The position numbers were made by a program, and so were the translations under genes. From contig JBHGNT010000002.1 in assembly GCA_043228905.1 (NCBI GenBank), positions 14,942,001-15,006,000 of the forward strand: a stretch of DNA of 64,000 bases, written 5' to 3'. The DNA comes from Azolla caroliniana. Taxonomy: Eukaryota > Plantae > Polypodiophyta. Positions within the stretch are counted from its first letter, which is position 1, and the number at the start of each line of letters is the position of its first letter. The notes under the pieces are model-generated. The model searched no databases. It was not told the DNA's origin and saw only the letters and a list, made by a program, of their open reading frames with translations. Positions 12,004-25,900 of the stretch are shown one piece after another.

Positions 12004-15000
12004 ATGGAAGGGGAAGGAGGGTGTTTAGAATTACCCCTCAATGATCATCAGGATAGGGATGATGCTATCAGGACACAACAAGCAATATGAGAGTATTGGG
12101 TAGACAAAAAAAAAAGAAAACATCGTCAATTGTTGAAGGATATGAAATCCACACTCACTAAAGGTAAAGATAGTATTGGTTGGGATATAGGTCTAAATAT
12201 CACTGAGAATGGAAGTAATGAGACTACTATCATAGAGAGAAAGGTTGTAGACTATTTCAATGTTCAAACCAAACACATCAGCAAAGAAGACAAGAAGGTA
12301 GTACTTTATGGAATATTAAATGATCCATCGATAAAGGAGTTAGTTGATTGTGATGGTCTTAATGCAAACATAACATCTGTACTAGTAAATAATCTCCGTA
12401 ATAGTTTCGTATCCATGAGCAGGTCAAAAGATGATCTTGTCTTAAAAAGGTCTAGTCTAATGACGTTACTTAATAGTGATGTTGACGATATTAACATCAG
12501 TGTGCTATCTAAGGTAATAGGTGTTAGTAGAAAAAGTGTGTACAATACATTGAACCGAATAGTTTCCTCGGGTGAAGGAACTAGTCTGCTAAAGCTACCA
12601 ACAAGATGTAAGCCAATGACACCCATAACATCAGAATCAAGGATATAATCACAATATTTTGGACTAATGAGAGTAGGTTTCCACCCAATAAGAAGGATTT
12701 ATGCAGGAAACGTGCTGGAAGGAGTCAATACGAGGAGCATCCCATTCATCTTCTTGATGTACCTCAGGTATTTACATTTATCTCAACATTTGTTTTGACT
12801 TTTGAGCTTAGTTAGTTAGCTTATTAGCTACCTTTGAATATGACCATAACCGAATAGCTAATTACCTACCTCAGAATATGCCCATATCTCCCTAATTATA
12901 TCAAAATAGCTAATTAGCAGAGTATGGCAGTAGCTAATTAGCTACTAGTTAGCTAATTAGCTATTGTACTAAACTATGGTAGTAACTAATTAGCTACCAC
13001 TTCGCTAATTAGCTATTGTACTAAACTATGATAGTAGCTAATTAGCTACCACTTAGCTAATTAGCTATTGTATTAAACTCTGCTAGTAGCTAATTGCCTA
13101 CCACTTAGCTAATTAGTGATTGTACTAAACTATTTAGCTACCATTTAGCTAATGTATTAAACTATGGTAGTAGCTAATTAGCTACCACTTAGCTAATTAG
13201 CTACTCAACTAATGTATGGTAGTAGCTAATTAGCTACCACTTAGCTAATTAGCTATTGTAATAAACTATGGTAGTAGCTAATTAGCTACTCGACTAAAGT
13301 ATGGTAGTAGCTAATATGCTACCACTTAGTTAATGTATTAAACTATGGCAGTAGCTAATTAGCTACCACTTAGCTAATTAGCTACTCAACTAAAGTTTGA
13401 TAGTAGCTAATTAGCTATTGTACTAAACTATGGTAGTAGCTAAGTAGCTACTAAACTAAAGTATGGTAGTAGCTAATTAGCTACCACTTAGGTAATGTAT
13501 TAAACTATGGTAATGGCTAATTAACTACCACTTAGCTAATTAGCTACTGTACTAAACTATGGTAGTAGCTAATTAGCTACAACTTAGCTAAGTAACTACG
13601 CAACTAAAGTTTGATAATAGCTAATTAGCTACTGTACTAAATTATGGTAGTAGCTAATTAGCTACAACTTAGCTAAGTAACTACGCAACTAAAGTTTGAT
13701 AATAGCTAATTAGCTACTGTACTAAATTATGGTAGTAGCTAATTAGCTACCATTTGCTAATTAGCTACTGTACTAAACTATGGTAGTAGCCAATTAGCTA
13801 CTCAGCTAAAGTATGGTAGTAGCTAATTAGCTACCACTTAGCTAATGTATTAAACTATGGTAGTAGTTAATTAGCTACCAGTTAGCTAATTAGCTACTCA
13901 ACTAAAATTTGATATTAGCTAATTAGCTACCACTTAGCTAATTAGCTACTGTACTAAACTATGGTAGTAGCTAATTAGCTACCACTTAGCCATAGACCTA
14001 ATCAGTATGTCCATTTTATTACGCAGGTCGATTTATTTATTAGGTTTTAGGCGAATGCATCCAAATATCAAAGTTCAACTACAAACATTCGAGTCTCTTA
14101 AGCCACACTTTGTGAGATGCTCGAAGGATCGATACACATGTTGTTGCATTTACCATCTACAAATGGGTTTTCTCAAGGACTCTGTTAATCTACTACGTCA
14201 CCATAGCGCCTTACCTAACAAATGTAGTTTGCACTTGTGTGTGCCCAAATTGCCGATTGAGCCCGCATGAGCACTGTAAATCATCTAAGCATGTCATCTC
14301 TTCCATGAGTTGTCTTTTAGATTCAGTGTTGTGTCCGACAGAAACCGAGGCCATCTTCCACAGTCATAAATGTGTCATGGGTTTAATGTCAAGATTGTGG
14401 CCCTAGTAGATTTAGGTGGTGACCAAATGAATTTAGTAGTGAAATACTAATCTCTGTCAAGTTATTTGAGTCAGTTGACACCAATTTCGAAGGAAAGGTG
14501 TGTAAAATAAAGGATCTAGTTATGAAGTCGCTTAAATGAGGGGATTTGGCGTCTCTATTTGTAGTATCTCTAGGAAAGTTCATTAAACACACTTCATTTA
14601 TTCATGGCAAGCCAAATGATGTAGTAGACTCAGTAGTAGATTTTGCAGAGAATCTCTGTCAAGTTATTTGAGTCAGTTGACACCAATTTCGAAGGAAAGG
14701 TCTGTAAAAGAAAGGATCTAGTTAGGAAGTCGCTTAAACCAGGGGATTTGGCATCTCTATTTGTAGTATCTCTAGGAAAGTTCATTAAACACACTTCATT
14801 TATTCATGACAAGCCAAATGATGTAGTAGTCTCGGTAGTAGATTTTGCAGAGAATTATACTTTCAAGCAGCAGAATGAAATTCAATCTATGCATTGGTGT
14901 TCAACGCAGGTAACCATTTTTGTGCACATAACATATTTTTGAGTTTCAGGTGATGTTAAAAAAGTAATTCATTTTTTTATTTCTGATGATAAGAAGCATG

Positions 15001-16192
15001 ACACCTTGTTCGTCCAACATTGTTTTAACTTACATTGGCAATGGTTATTAGCTAAATGTTTGGAGCTTACTCAACATTTTATTTTGTGGAGAGGTATCTT
15101 GCTATAACAAGTTTGGAGATGAGATGGAATTTTTTTGGGTCTGACCATGGTAAAGGTGAACATGATGGTGTAGGTGCTGTTATAAAGCGGGTACTTACCC
15201 ATGAACAACTAAAGGCAGATGGTGTGCAGATGAATTGGCAATGGTTATTAGCTAAATGTTTGGAGCTTACTCAACATTTTATTTTGTGGAGAGGTATCTT
15301 GCTATAACAAGTTTGGAGATGAGATGGAATTTTTTTGGGTCTGACCATGGTAAAGGTGAACATGATGGTGTAGGTGCTGTTATAAAGCGGGTACTTACCC
15401 ATGAACAACTAAAGGCAGATGGTGTGCAGATGAATTGTGCAACACATGTAGTTGAATTTTTAAGAGCTAATATGTCAACAAGTGCAACTGGTGTTTATTC
15501 CTCGCAGGTCCGAGATATCAAACGTCAATTTTGGGAAGTAAAGATAGATGAAATAAATAGGGAAAAGACTTGGGAGTGCCAAGGAATTCCCGAATTGCGA
15601 TCTCTCCATGTTGTTCACGGTTATTCTAGGTTGGATGGTAATTGTATTGCGGTTAGAGAATTAACTTGTTTTTGCTTCCAATGTGTGCAAGGAAATTGGA
15701 GGTATTGTTTAAACAAAGCATATATTTAGAATTAGGAGTATCATACATTGAACAATAAGGAAGCAGTTGATAGGGAAATAGAAACGAATGTTGACTTCAC
15801 ATATCAAGCACGTGGAGATACTCTGAGTGATGTCTTAAATGTTGGGGATAATTTGGCTGTGAATGCAGAAAAGTGAAATTCAAAGGGTGCTGATTTCTAT
15901 ATATTGAAGTGCACAGTCAGTAAACAGTGTGCAACGCAGAATATATTAGATGCTCGGGGAAATGTTGTATCTACCGGGACATTCTACATTGAAGGTATTT
16001 TTTATGCAAGACCTAGATGATTACGATTATGTGTATAGGCTATTAGAAGACAAACCAATGGCGTACATGTACTCTCATTTGGTCAGGTGCATCAATGTCC
16101 CAATGTCGCAATACAATAGCCGCTCACGTTTATACACAGTTAATGCTAATGTGTATGAAACTATATACAATAGTATGCCATGGAATTTGTAG
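12004..16192 (+). pseudogene. Sola2-like DDD transposase, two exons (intron 12768-14026), disrupted
   Basis: Motifs FESLKPHFV, CCCIYH, DFAENYTFKQQNEIQSMHW, SDDKKHD, HGKGEHDGVGAVIKR, CFCFQC. GT..AG intron. Several stops, frameshifts and internal duplications. Confidence 0.85.
12800..13995. repeat. AGCTAATTAGCT palindromic satellite filling the transposase intron
   Basis: Dozens of TAGCTAATTAGCTA units with ACTAAACTATGGTAG and CCACTT spacers, between donor 12768 and acceptor 14026. Confidence 0.95.
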
Positions 16193-16532
16193 CTACAAGT
16201 AGCAATTACCAGTTTTCTTGTAAAACAAACAAAGCTCATGTATTGCAAATAAACAGTTAAATGGACCTATTTGGGAGTTCTTCTTTTTGTGCTTCTTCTA
16301 TCAGTTTTCTATCTGATATACAGTTTAATAATATCGTTTAGGGTTCTTCTTTCTGAGATACAGATTTACTCAAGTGAACCATGTACAAGTTAAAATAGTT
16401 TGCATAATTTTAAGAAAAAACACTATCATGAAATTAGTAATCCTTAACATACTCTTAAAATTACATAGTAGATAAGTTACTCAAAACAAGCAATTTAATT
16501 ATTCATTGATTAAGTGGTAGCAAATTACATAT

Positions 16533-19500
16533 TTATAACATCCCATTGCCAATGTCTTGAAATCGTCTATAAACAGCTAAGCTCTTGCTGGTCAATGGAA
16601 CTTCTCTACATATATGATCTGCATACCAAGCACGGTATGGAGTCCACAACCATGTAGTTAGTTGGCAGCTCAATGTTTTCACCAAATAGTGTTCAGGCAT
16701 TTCATCAGGTAGAATGAGACAGCATCCGCGAATGTTGAAGTAATGTCGGAAATGTTTTATATCTAGAATCAACGTATTGTCAGCATTATAATCTGGCCAA
16801 GTGTCCCAAAAATCAAAAAGTCTTTTAAATCTTGCAACATCATTCTGCTCACAATTCTCTCGTGTCCACTGATCCTTGAAATGTTGTCGCCACTTCAGAG
16901 GGAATCTTGCTACACACTTCCACACATCTGTATGTGGTTTTTCGCTCCAAATAAACAAATCAAAATATTGCACAGCCCACTCCAGAAATTTATTTGCATC
17001 CCTCCTTGGTGTCATATATCGCACACTCATCAAGACTTTATCAAGCTCCAAGATCAAGGCTCTTCTTTCGACTTCTAATGGTTTAGGTTTCCATTCCTAT
17101 AATTGAGCCTCTGTTACACCAATTACTGGTAGCACACGATCAAGGTCAATCAACTCAGGTTCTATCAGCACAATTGGTGTCATTTTCCTCTTTGAACCCC
17201 TGGTCGACTGTGTTGGGCCTGGCTTCACATTCTGGTGCTCTTGTGTTGTCGACTTAGTCATTGGCTTAGTGCATGTAGATATTGATCTAGTCGATATCAG
17301 CCCACTGGTATCACATGCTGCATCTACCTGCAAAATCAGATCATCTGTGCAACATGCTTGATCAACTTACGTGACCAGATCATTTGTGTCAGTTGCTACA
17401 TCTACTTTCAAGATGTGGCCCTCTACACACGCAGCAACATCAACAGTTTCCACACTGCCATCGGCCTTAGGAGCAATAGATTCAAACCCTTTAGACTCTG
17501 CAACATCAGAAAACACCAACATATTCATAATCACAAAGTAACTAACAGTCTCACAAAACAACATAATGAACAAGGAATATTTTCCATCATAGAAACATGA
17601 ACATAATTATCTTGGAGAAACATCATAGAGTTCCATTACATAATGTGGATCAAGCAACAACCAATCTGAGATTTTACTTGTCCAAATAGATCATAGTAAA
17701 AGATCATAAAACCCTAGGAAAATAGCTAACAATCATATCCCACTAATAAGTATTTCGCTCCAATTCAAGAGCCCCTTGACCGAGTAACTAATCTTGTCCC
17801 CGATCGTGGCCCCTTCTACACCCTTTTGCTTGCCCATTGCCCATTTAGCCTTGCTTCTTTGACCCATTGCGCAAGTGTGTCCTCCTCTGACAACCTTTCC
17901 ATCACCTCAGTAGCGGCTTGCAGGTCAGCCGCGTCTTGCACTAGCTTTTCCAGTATAGTGGGATCTGTTTGGGCATTATCATTAGTTGGGATCAGTGGGG
18001 TGGAATCAAGGTTTTGGGATTCGAAGAAATGTTGCATCAAGTGTTCAAAAACACTATTGTTGTGAACCTTAGATTTACATGTTGTTTCCAGTATTTCATG
18101 GCTTTTCACATCGTTGCCTAATTCATTACCATCTTCCAAACGAATAGGGCGCCGCTAATCTGAAGGAGATGTGATAGCAGGACTCTTACTTTCAGCCACG
18201 TTAGCAACTATCTCCTCATCGGTTGCAGCTTCATCAGCACCAGATCGGTCATGCGCCCTCCTTAATCCACAAGATTCTACAACAACATGGTCGCTAATTA
18301 GCTACATCTTAGCTAACTAGCTATTCTTCAAGACTATGGTAGTAGCTAATTTACAACCACTTTGCTAATTAGCTACTATACTAAACTATAGTAGTAGCTA
18401 ATTAGCTACCACTTAGCTAATTAGCTACTATACTAAACTATGGTAGTAGCTAATTAGCTACCACTTTGCTAATTAGCTACTCAGCTAAAATATGGTCGTC
18501 ACTAATTAGCTACTCAGCTAAAATATGGTCGTCACTAATTAGCTACCACTTAGCTAATTACCTACTTTACTAAACTATGGTAGTACCTAATTAGCTACCA
18601 CCTAGCTAATTAGCTAATTAGCTACTCAACTAAAGTATGGTATTAGTTAGTTAGCCACTATAACTAAAGTATGGTAGTAGCTAATTAGCTAAGTAGTAGC
18701 TAATTAGCTATTGTACTAAACTATGGTAGTAGCTAATTAGCTACCATTTTGCTAATTAGCTACTCAGCTAAAGTATGGTAGTCGCTAATTAGCTACCACT
18801 TAGCTAATTACCTATTGTACTAAACTATGGTAGTACCTAATTAGCTACCACTTAGCTAATTAGCTAATTAGCTACTCAACTAAAGAATGGTACTAGCTAG
18901 TTAGCCACTATAACTAGAGTATGGTAGTAGCTAATTAGCTACTATACTAAACTATGGTAGTAGTTAATTAGCTACCACTTAGCTAATTCACTACTGTACT
19001 AAAATATGGTAGTAGCTAATTAACTACCACTTTGCTAATTAACTACTCAACTAAAGTATGTTAGTCGCTAATTAGCTACCACTTAGCTAATTCGCTACTG
19101 TACTAAACTATGGTAGTAGCTAATTATCTACGACTTAGCTAATTAGCTATTGTACAAAACTATAGTATTAGCTCATTTGCTACCATTTAGCTAATTAGCT
19201 ATTGTACAAAACTATGGTAGTAGCTAATTAGCTACTGTATTAAACTATGGTAGTAGCTAATTAGCTATTGTATTAAACTATGTTAGTAGCTAATTAGCTA
19301 CTGCACTAAACTATGGTAATAGCTAATTAGCTACCACTTAGCTAATTAGCTACTGTACTAAACTATAATAGTAACAAATTAGCTACCACTTTGCTAATTA
19401 GCTACTGTACTAAACTATGGTAGTCACTAATTAGCTACCTCTCAACTAATTAACTAATGTACTAAACTATGGTAGTCGCTAATTAGTTACCACTCAACTA

Positions 19501-22500
19501 ATTAGCTACTGTACTAAACTATGGTAGTAGCTAATTAGCTAACCGGTAGCTAATTAGCTATTGTACTAAACTATGGTAGTAGCTAATTATCTACCACCTA
19601 GCTAATTAGCTACTGTACAAAACTATGGTATTAGCTAATTAGCTACTGTACAAAACTATGGTAGTAGCTAATTAGCTATTGTATTAAACTATGGTAGTAC
19701 CTAATTAGCTAAGTGGTAGCTAATTAGGTACTACACTAAACTATGCTAGTAGCTAATTAGCTACCATTTAGCTAATTAACTACTGCACTAAACTATGGTA
19801 GTAGCTAATTAGCTATTGTACTAAACTATGGTAGTAGCTAAACTAAACTATGGTAGTAGCTAATTAGCTATTGTACTAAACTATGGTAGTAGCTAATTAG
19901 CTACTATACTAAACTATGGTACTAACAAATTAGCTACCACTTTGCTAATTAGCTACTGTACTAAACTATGGTAATCTTTAATTAGCTACCTCTCAGCTAA
20001 TTAGCTACTATACTAAACTATGGTTGTCGCTAATTGGCTAGCACTCAACTAATTAGCTATTGTACTAAACTATGGTTAGCTAATTAGCTACTTTGCTAAT
20101 GTATGGTAGTAGCTAATTAGGTAACTAATAGCTAATTGGCTATTGTACTAAACTATGGTAGTAGCTAATCATCTACCACCTAGCTAATTAGCTACTGCAC
20201 TAAACTATGGTAGTTAATTAGCTACTATCCAAAACTATGGTAGTAGCTAATTTGCTACCATTTACCTAATTAGCCATTGTATTAAACTATTGTAGTAGCT
20301 AATTAGCTAAGTGGTAGCTAATTAGCTACTGCACTAAACTATGGTAGTAGCTAATTAGCTACCACTTAGCTAATTAGCTACTGCACTAAACTATGGTAGT
20401 AGCTAATTAGCTATCACTTAGCTAATTAGCTATTGTACTAAACTATGGTAGTAGCTAATTAGCTACTGTACTAAACTATGGAAGTAGCTAGTTAGGTACC
20501 AATTAGCTAAGTAGCTACTGTACTGAACTATGGTAGTAGCTAATTAGCTACTCAGCTGAAGTATGGAAGTAGCTAATTAGCTATTATAGTAAACTATGAT
20601 AGTAGCTATTTAGCTACTATTAGTACAACCATAATAGCTTAATAGTTTCCACACTTTATACAGCTTACCTTATTTGCAAAGACGGAACTAATTAGCTACA
20701 GTATGGTTACAAGCAACAATTTTACCTGTGTGTTTTCTCCATTCATCTGGGAGAGTTGTACTACAATCCCCCAAACAGAATGCAACAATGTGACAGGTAT
20801 ATTGAAAACAAACGATATGGTATGTGTGTTGGTATGGTTGTAAGTGAACCAACAGAGTAGCAAATTTGTCCTCTACATGTAATCCACAAGCGATGCAACG
20901 TGCCTGAACAATCAATATATCGTTTCCTGGTTCTCCTTCATTTGGTAAGGGAGCAAGAATGTTCAGGTCCAATTCTTGTCTGCTCCTTACTATCCCCTCT
21001 GCAAAATGTAGTTGCTTCTTAAGGCCGCTAACTACTTGTTCTTAACGGGAGTATTGTTCCTTCAACACAACCGAGAAATTTACCGATTAATTATTCCTTA
21101 ATGAGGAAGATACAACAACAAGAGACAAGAATCATTAACTTACTTGTAGCTTTTCCAAACTGTAATCATCGATAGTATTTACACCTAGAAGGTCCAGGTT
21201 CATTGAAAGAACCTGGATCTCTGTCTGTAGTTGAATTTTTGTTGGGGATCCAACGACCCCTCAATTTCAAGTTCATGTTGAGCAACTTGTTCCAGATAAT
21301 GCCTCAGTAGCACATTTTCACGTACAAGTTATTTATAACATATTACATAGTAGCAAAACAATAGGTACCTGAATCTTATTTCTGATTGTTGTAACTGCCA
21401 AAGTGACTTTGCTATCCATCGCAACAACCAATGTTGCTTTCTCTAAATCAGTCTTAAAAAACTCCAATGTCTTACAGGCTTCATGGACATTTTTTGGCAT
21501 ATAGTTAATCAATGTTTCACCTCTATCATTGACACTGGCTTTCATTGTGTGTCATTGTGGTGTATACTTGCGGGTTTGTTGGGAGTCGGCAGTTGCATCA
21601 TCAACTACCATGCTCCAAAATCTTGCCATTTTTTGTTGCAAGCTCCCCATCTTCTGACATCTTTCTACCGATGCCTCACCATAAATTGCCCAAGCTACCC
21701 TGTACATTTCAGGGTCACGAGATTCCTTCGTTGTTTTCCAATACTCGTATGCAAAAGCTCTGGCAAATGAAACTGACAACTCGTTGTTGACCGGGACCTC
21801 TTGATGTACTTTCTGGTGCAGTCTCATGCAGTCGTCGTACAGGTCCAGTCGTACATGCTTGAGCTTGAGCTTGCCTTTCACTCTAGGCACTTTATATACT
21901 GACATCCAATCTACATCACTAATCAATCTATTAGCTAGAATAGCAGGGTCAATACCCTTGAGCGACAGACCATATATGTTGTAAAAGTCCTCCTTTGTCT
22001 CGCAAAATTTTGCAAAGTTTAGCATTGTAGAATAGGGAGGAATGAGCCACCTGAAATAGAAAATTAGTAATCAGAATTGGTGCAAAAATAGAATTTTTAA
22101 TGTGAATTTGGTGCAATATTACAATACTTTGAGACAGTAATATGAAATTTGTAATCTGTTCTTTTCAACATGTATCAGAAATCAACCACTTAAAAAATCA
22201 AAAACCCTAATCAGAATTTGTCATGAGAATTGGTGCAAAATTACAACAGATTGCGACAGTAATTAGAAATTTGTAACCAGAAACTTGCAATCTGAAATTT
22301 GTAATCGGAAACCCTTAACCACTTAAGGGAAACATAAACCCTAATCATCACTAAAGGCAGAAATCAACCGTACTACGAAATTCTGTCAATCAGAAACACA
22401 CCTGCTGCTACAGCCCGATCTTCAAGACATCCTTGTTTGGGACTCCAACGACTTCATCCTATTTGATTTTTGGGAAAGATGAACAGGCACCAAAGTTACA

Positions 22501-22667
22501 GATAGTGATAAATTAGGAAAAAAAAAGTTTTTAAAATATGTAGCTGATACATACCTGGACGAGGATCGACTAGCTCGTGTGTTGTAGCTCAGAAGGTGCA
22601 ATGTCGATCTCAGAGTTTTTGTGCTACTGCGGGGGCTTCGTCTGCGTTCATGGTCAGAGTACTCCAT
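16533..22667 (-). pseudogene. Multi-exon cargo gene: helical/coiled-coil region, RING-H2-like finger, low-complexity region, FCP1/NIF-type HAD-like domain
   Basis: Phase-compatible GT-AG exons 22667-22555, 22458-22402, 22050-21369, ...-20726, 18276-... RING-like CIAC..P(Y)QHTYHIVC..CLGDC (20730-20900). NIF-like ILELDKVL..RRDANKFLEW..FDLFIWS..KRL..W..YNADNTLILD (16533-17057). In-frame stops present. Confidence 0.7.
18290..20640. repeat. 2.35-kb AGCTAATTAGCT palindromic satellite filling a cargo-gene intron (18277-20725)
   Basis: Same unit as 12800-13995. Flanked on minus by phase-1 donor ACAG|GTAAAA and acceptor TTGTAG|AATC. Confidence 0.95.
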
Positions 22668-22962
22668 CTGCTTGGAGTTCGAACTCAAACTCAGGATTAT
22701 CAAGAATTTGATGACATTCAAGTCGGCCTTAGATGATGGCACTATTCCCCATGTTCCACTACGTCAGAAACCAAAGTTCAAATATTTGAGTATTCTCGTC
22801 AATTAAATGACATGTATTTAACTAATAAAACATAAAATTTCGTAAACCATCCTTATGATTTTCCCACAAAAAAACTAGCTAAACAAATAGCTAATTAGAT
22901 GTGGCCATTTTAGTAGCTAATTAGCTATAATAGTGTTTCCACTCGCATGCTTTTACCCAAAC

Positions 22963-25900
22963 CCCTTTTGATGAACTCACATGCCAGCATACAAGTTTGG
23001 ACAGTGACACCCTTGGACTTTCCTTCATCCGTAGCACCTTCTATTTCTCCCTCTATGTCGATTATTAATTCCATCTCACTTTCTTCGCTTTCTGCACCTC
23101 CATGATCCATGTTCGATTGCTCCTCTGTGTCGGTTTGATCAAGGTTACGTAAGGTTCGGCGTCACTTTGCTTCTTGAAAATCTTCACCCGCTTCCCCGCT
23201 ATAGGCACCTGCAATTATGTTCCATCCCGCTCACATAGTTGGTGAGTTCCATTGTTGAATACCTTTCAAACTTCGTATAGTACGAACCACCTTTTTGTGA
23301 ACTTCTGTATCGAGTTGTGTTGATGATCCAAACTATTATCGTAGACTATCACCCAATCCCCTTCTTCAATCTTCCGTGGTTGAAGTCGGTGCTTTTTGTC
23401 GAATCGATATTTGCTCCGGAATCGCGTTTCTTGTTGTCGGCGTACCGCTTCCGCTGTGTCTTCTGGTCTTCCATTTAGTTGTTGTATACAGACCACTAGT
23501 AGTTCTTCCCAACACATCTCTTCCTTCCATTGTAGCACCATCCATGTCAAAATTGCAGTTTCCGTACGCATTATCAGAATTGATTCGGTCATAAGTTTAG
23601 CTGGCATACAACCAGTCATGGAACTATGCATTGTGCAATCCTCCCATAGCGCATACGAAAGCATCTGCGGCTAGAGCTTCACCCTTCCATCACACGCTTT
23701 TACCAATGCTTTTACAATTGGACTATGTCCACACTCGATCTTCTCGTTGGCTTCTAGATTGTATGACGTGGTTAGTGTGAATTGTACTCCGTGTTTGGCG
23801 AAGAGTTCCTTAGTTTCACAGTAGTTTCACCAGAGTTAAGTTCTCCCCAATCCACAATCACATGACCTACGCACCCATACCTACAGAACACTTCTTCCAA
23901 GAGAAATCGACATACTAGAGAACTTGTTTTCCTCCGTAGCACCTAACCTTCTACTTGGTTTGTCAGATCCTTTCGAGCTAGTACCAAGAACTTCTTTTGT
24001 CCAATCTCAGCGGGCATTGCCACGATGTCCACCATCCATTTGAAGTTGATTGCCGGTGAGAATGTCGGATGTAGTACGTCCCGGTGTTGAACTTCGGAGT
24101 ATATTTGACATTTCTCGCAGCTCTCCGTAAACTCTACTACATTCTTGTATATATCTTCCACCAATACTTTTGCTTGATCTTTTCAAATGTCACCCATGTA
24201 CCCCGATATCCAGCCCAATCAGATTCTTGAAATTTGGATATTATCTGTTTCTATTGTTCCTTTGTGCTGACTACTCGTAGTGGTACACCGTTTGGTCTTT
24301 TTGGCACCCTCTAGATTAATCCATTCTTCAGGAAGAACTTCCGGACTTGTCGCTTCTTCCTCCGGATCTCAGTTCTCTTTTCTTTATTATCCGATGATTC
24401 CTCGATCTCTCGTAGCACTCTTCCGATCATCAAGCTTTCTCCTTCATATTCGTCTTCCCAAAATGCTCAGATTACCTTCACCCAACATACATGCTATGAA
24501 GAAAAGTAGTCTTCCGAAACTTCTTCATTATTTGATTCGACTACGTCATCTCCGAACCGTGCCCTTGATAACATATCTGCTACCGCGTTGTCTTTTCTTG
24601 AGATATGTCGTACCTCTGGATTAAGCAACTTTACATATGCAATCCATTTTGATCCCAAGTATCAAATAATCCCGATCGGATTTTTTATCGCCGACACAAC
24701 TCCCCATAATTCTCTTTTAACTTGTGCATATTTGTGTTGGCTTTTGCTGAGACCCTTTGCTCCGAATCAGATTGGATATCGTGAACCATCCGAATCAGCT
24801 TGGTTGATGACCTAGCCAATCCCGATTGGCCTTGTGCCAACCGTTACTATGATCGATCAATCATAGTTCGGCTTCTTAAGTGCTTCTGCCTTCCGTAGTG
24901 CTTTCTTGAGCTTCTTCATGGCTTGGTGTGTTCCGGTCTCCATTCCAACTTTTCCCTTTTCGCAGAAGGTGATAGAGTGGGTCCACAATGTGTGCATAGG
25001 GCGGGATCCATATGTGATAGAATGTGCATGCTTCAAGAAACCTACGTACTTCGGATTGCGAATCACACACTTATTTGAGAACTTGTATCGCATCGATCTT
25101 GACTGGTGACAGTCTTCGGTTGCAGGGCCGACATAGATGTCCGACTACCAGTATCTCTTCTTATCCAAATGGTGATTTCTCTCCGAAGAGTGTTAGGTGC
25201 ACATCTTCTAACTTCCGTTGCACTTTCTCACAATCACGAATATGGTCAACTACAAATTTTCGGCATCCCCGATCATCCACGGTCTCATTCTTTTCTTCCT
25301 TCTCACATCCTTTCATCGGAATGTCGTCTAAGAACGACATTGTTATCTCTAGAATGCAGTCCCAGAGCACCTTGTTCATTGCATTCATCATATATGCGAC
25401 CAAGTTCATCGCTCCTTGTGGTGTCCACATTGTAATGATATCATACAGAAGTAGTTGGAACTGTTCATACCCGAAGTATAGATCTTCGATCGAGTATATT
25501 GCTCAACTAACAAATGCCTCTACGAAGTCATCGACTATCGGTTCAACCCCGACATTCCGGATTGTGATCTTATTCACCGGTGGCAAGTAATGGATGAACT
25601 GTTGTCGCGGAAATCCGTGCATGCAGGTCGGTCAAACGGGACAACTGGGGAGGATGCATCGGGTGACTTATGCTTGTAAGGAATCAGCCATTTAGGATTA
25701 TCGTCTTGTCGTTCTTTGCTGTCAAAGACACTTGTGTGGGTTGGCCACCCCATACTGTAGTTGAGAGAGAGAGAGAGAGACGGAAATTGAGAAAGTATTT
25801 AAGATAGATAGGTATATAAATAGATAGATAGAGATGGACAGAAATTCCAATTCTGGGTTTGAATCCTTGACTTCAATGTTAAGAAACAAGACACGTCACC

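Larger units (their letters stand above)
10364..22958 (+). mobile_element. Complete 12.6-kb Sola-like (Sola2-type, inferred) DNA transposon with cargo gene
   Basis: Imperfect 25-bp TIRs: GGGTGAAAGCATGCAAGCATAAACA (10364-10388) vs the reverse complement of 22934-22958, GGGTAAAAGCATGCGAGTGGAAACA (20/25 match). 4-bp TSD AAAC at 10360-10363 and 22959-22962. GRG termini with a 4-bp TSD fit my recollection of Sola2. Confidence 0.85.

Noticed and set aside
18290-20640. Satellite arrays as CRISPR or telomeric repeats
   Set aside because: No unique spacers, no cas genes, eukaryotic context; the unit is not TTTAGGG.
22931-22935. TAGTG as a CACTA/EnSpm terminus
   Set aside because: No CACTA at the left end. 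The true TIR extends to 22958 with a 4-bp AAAC TSD, and the transposase is not TnpD-like.
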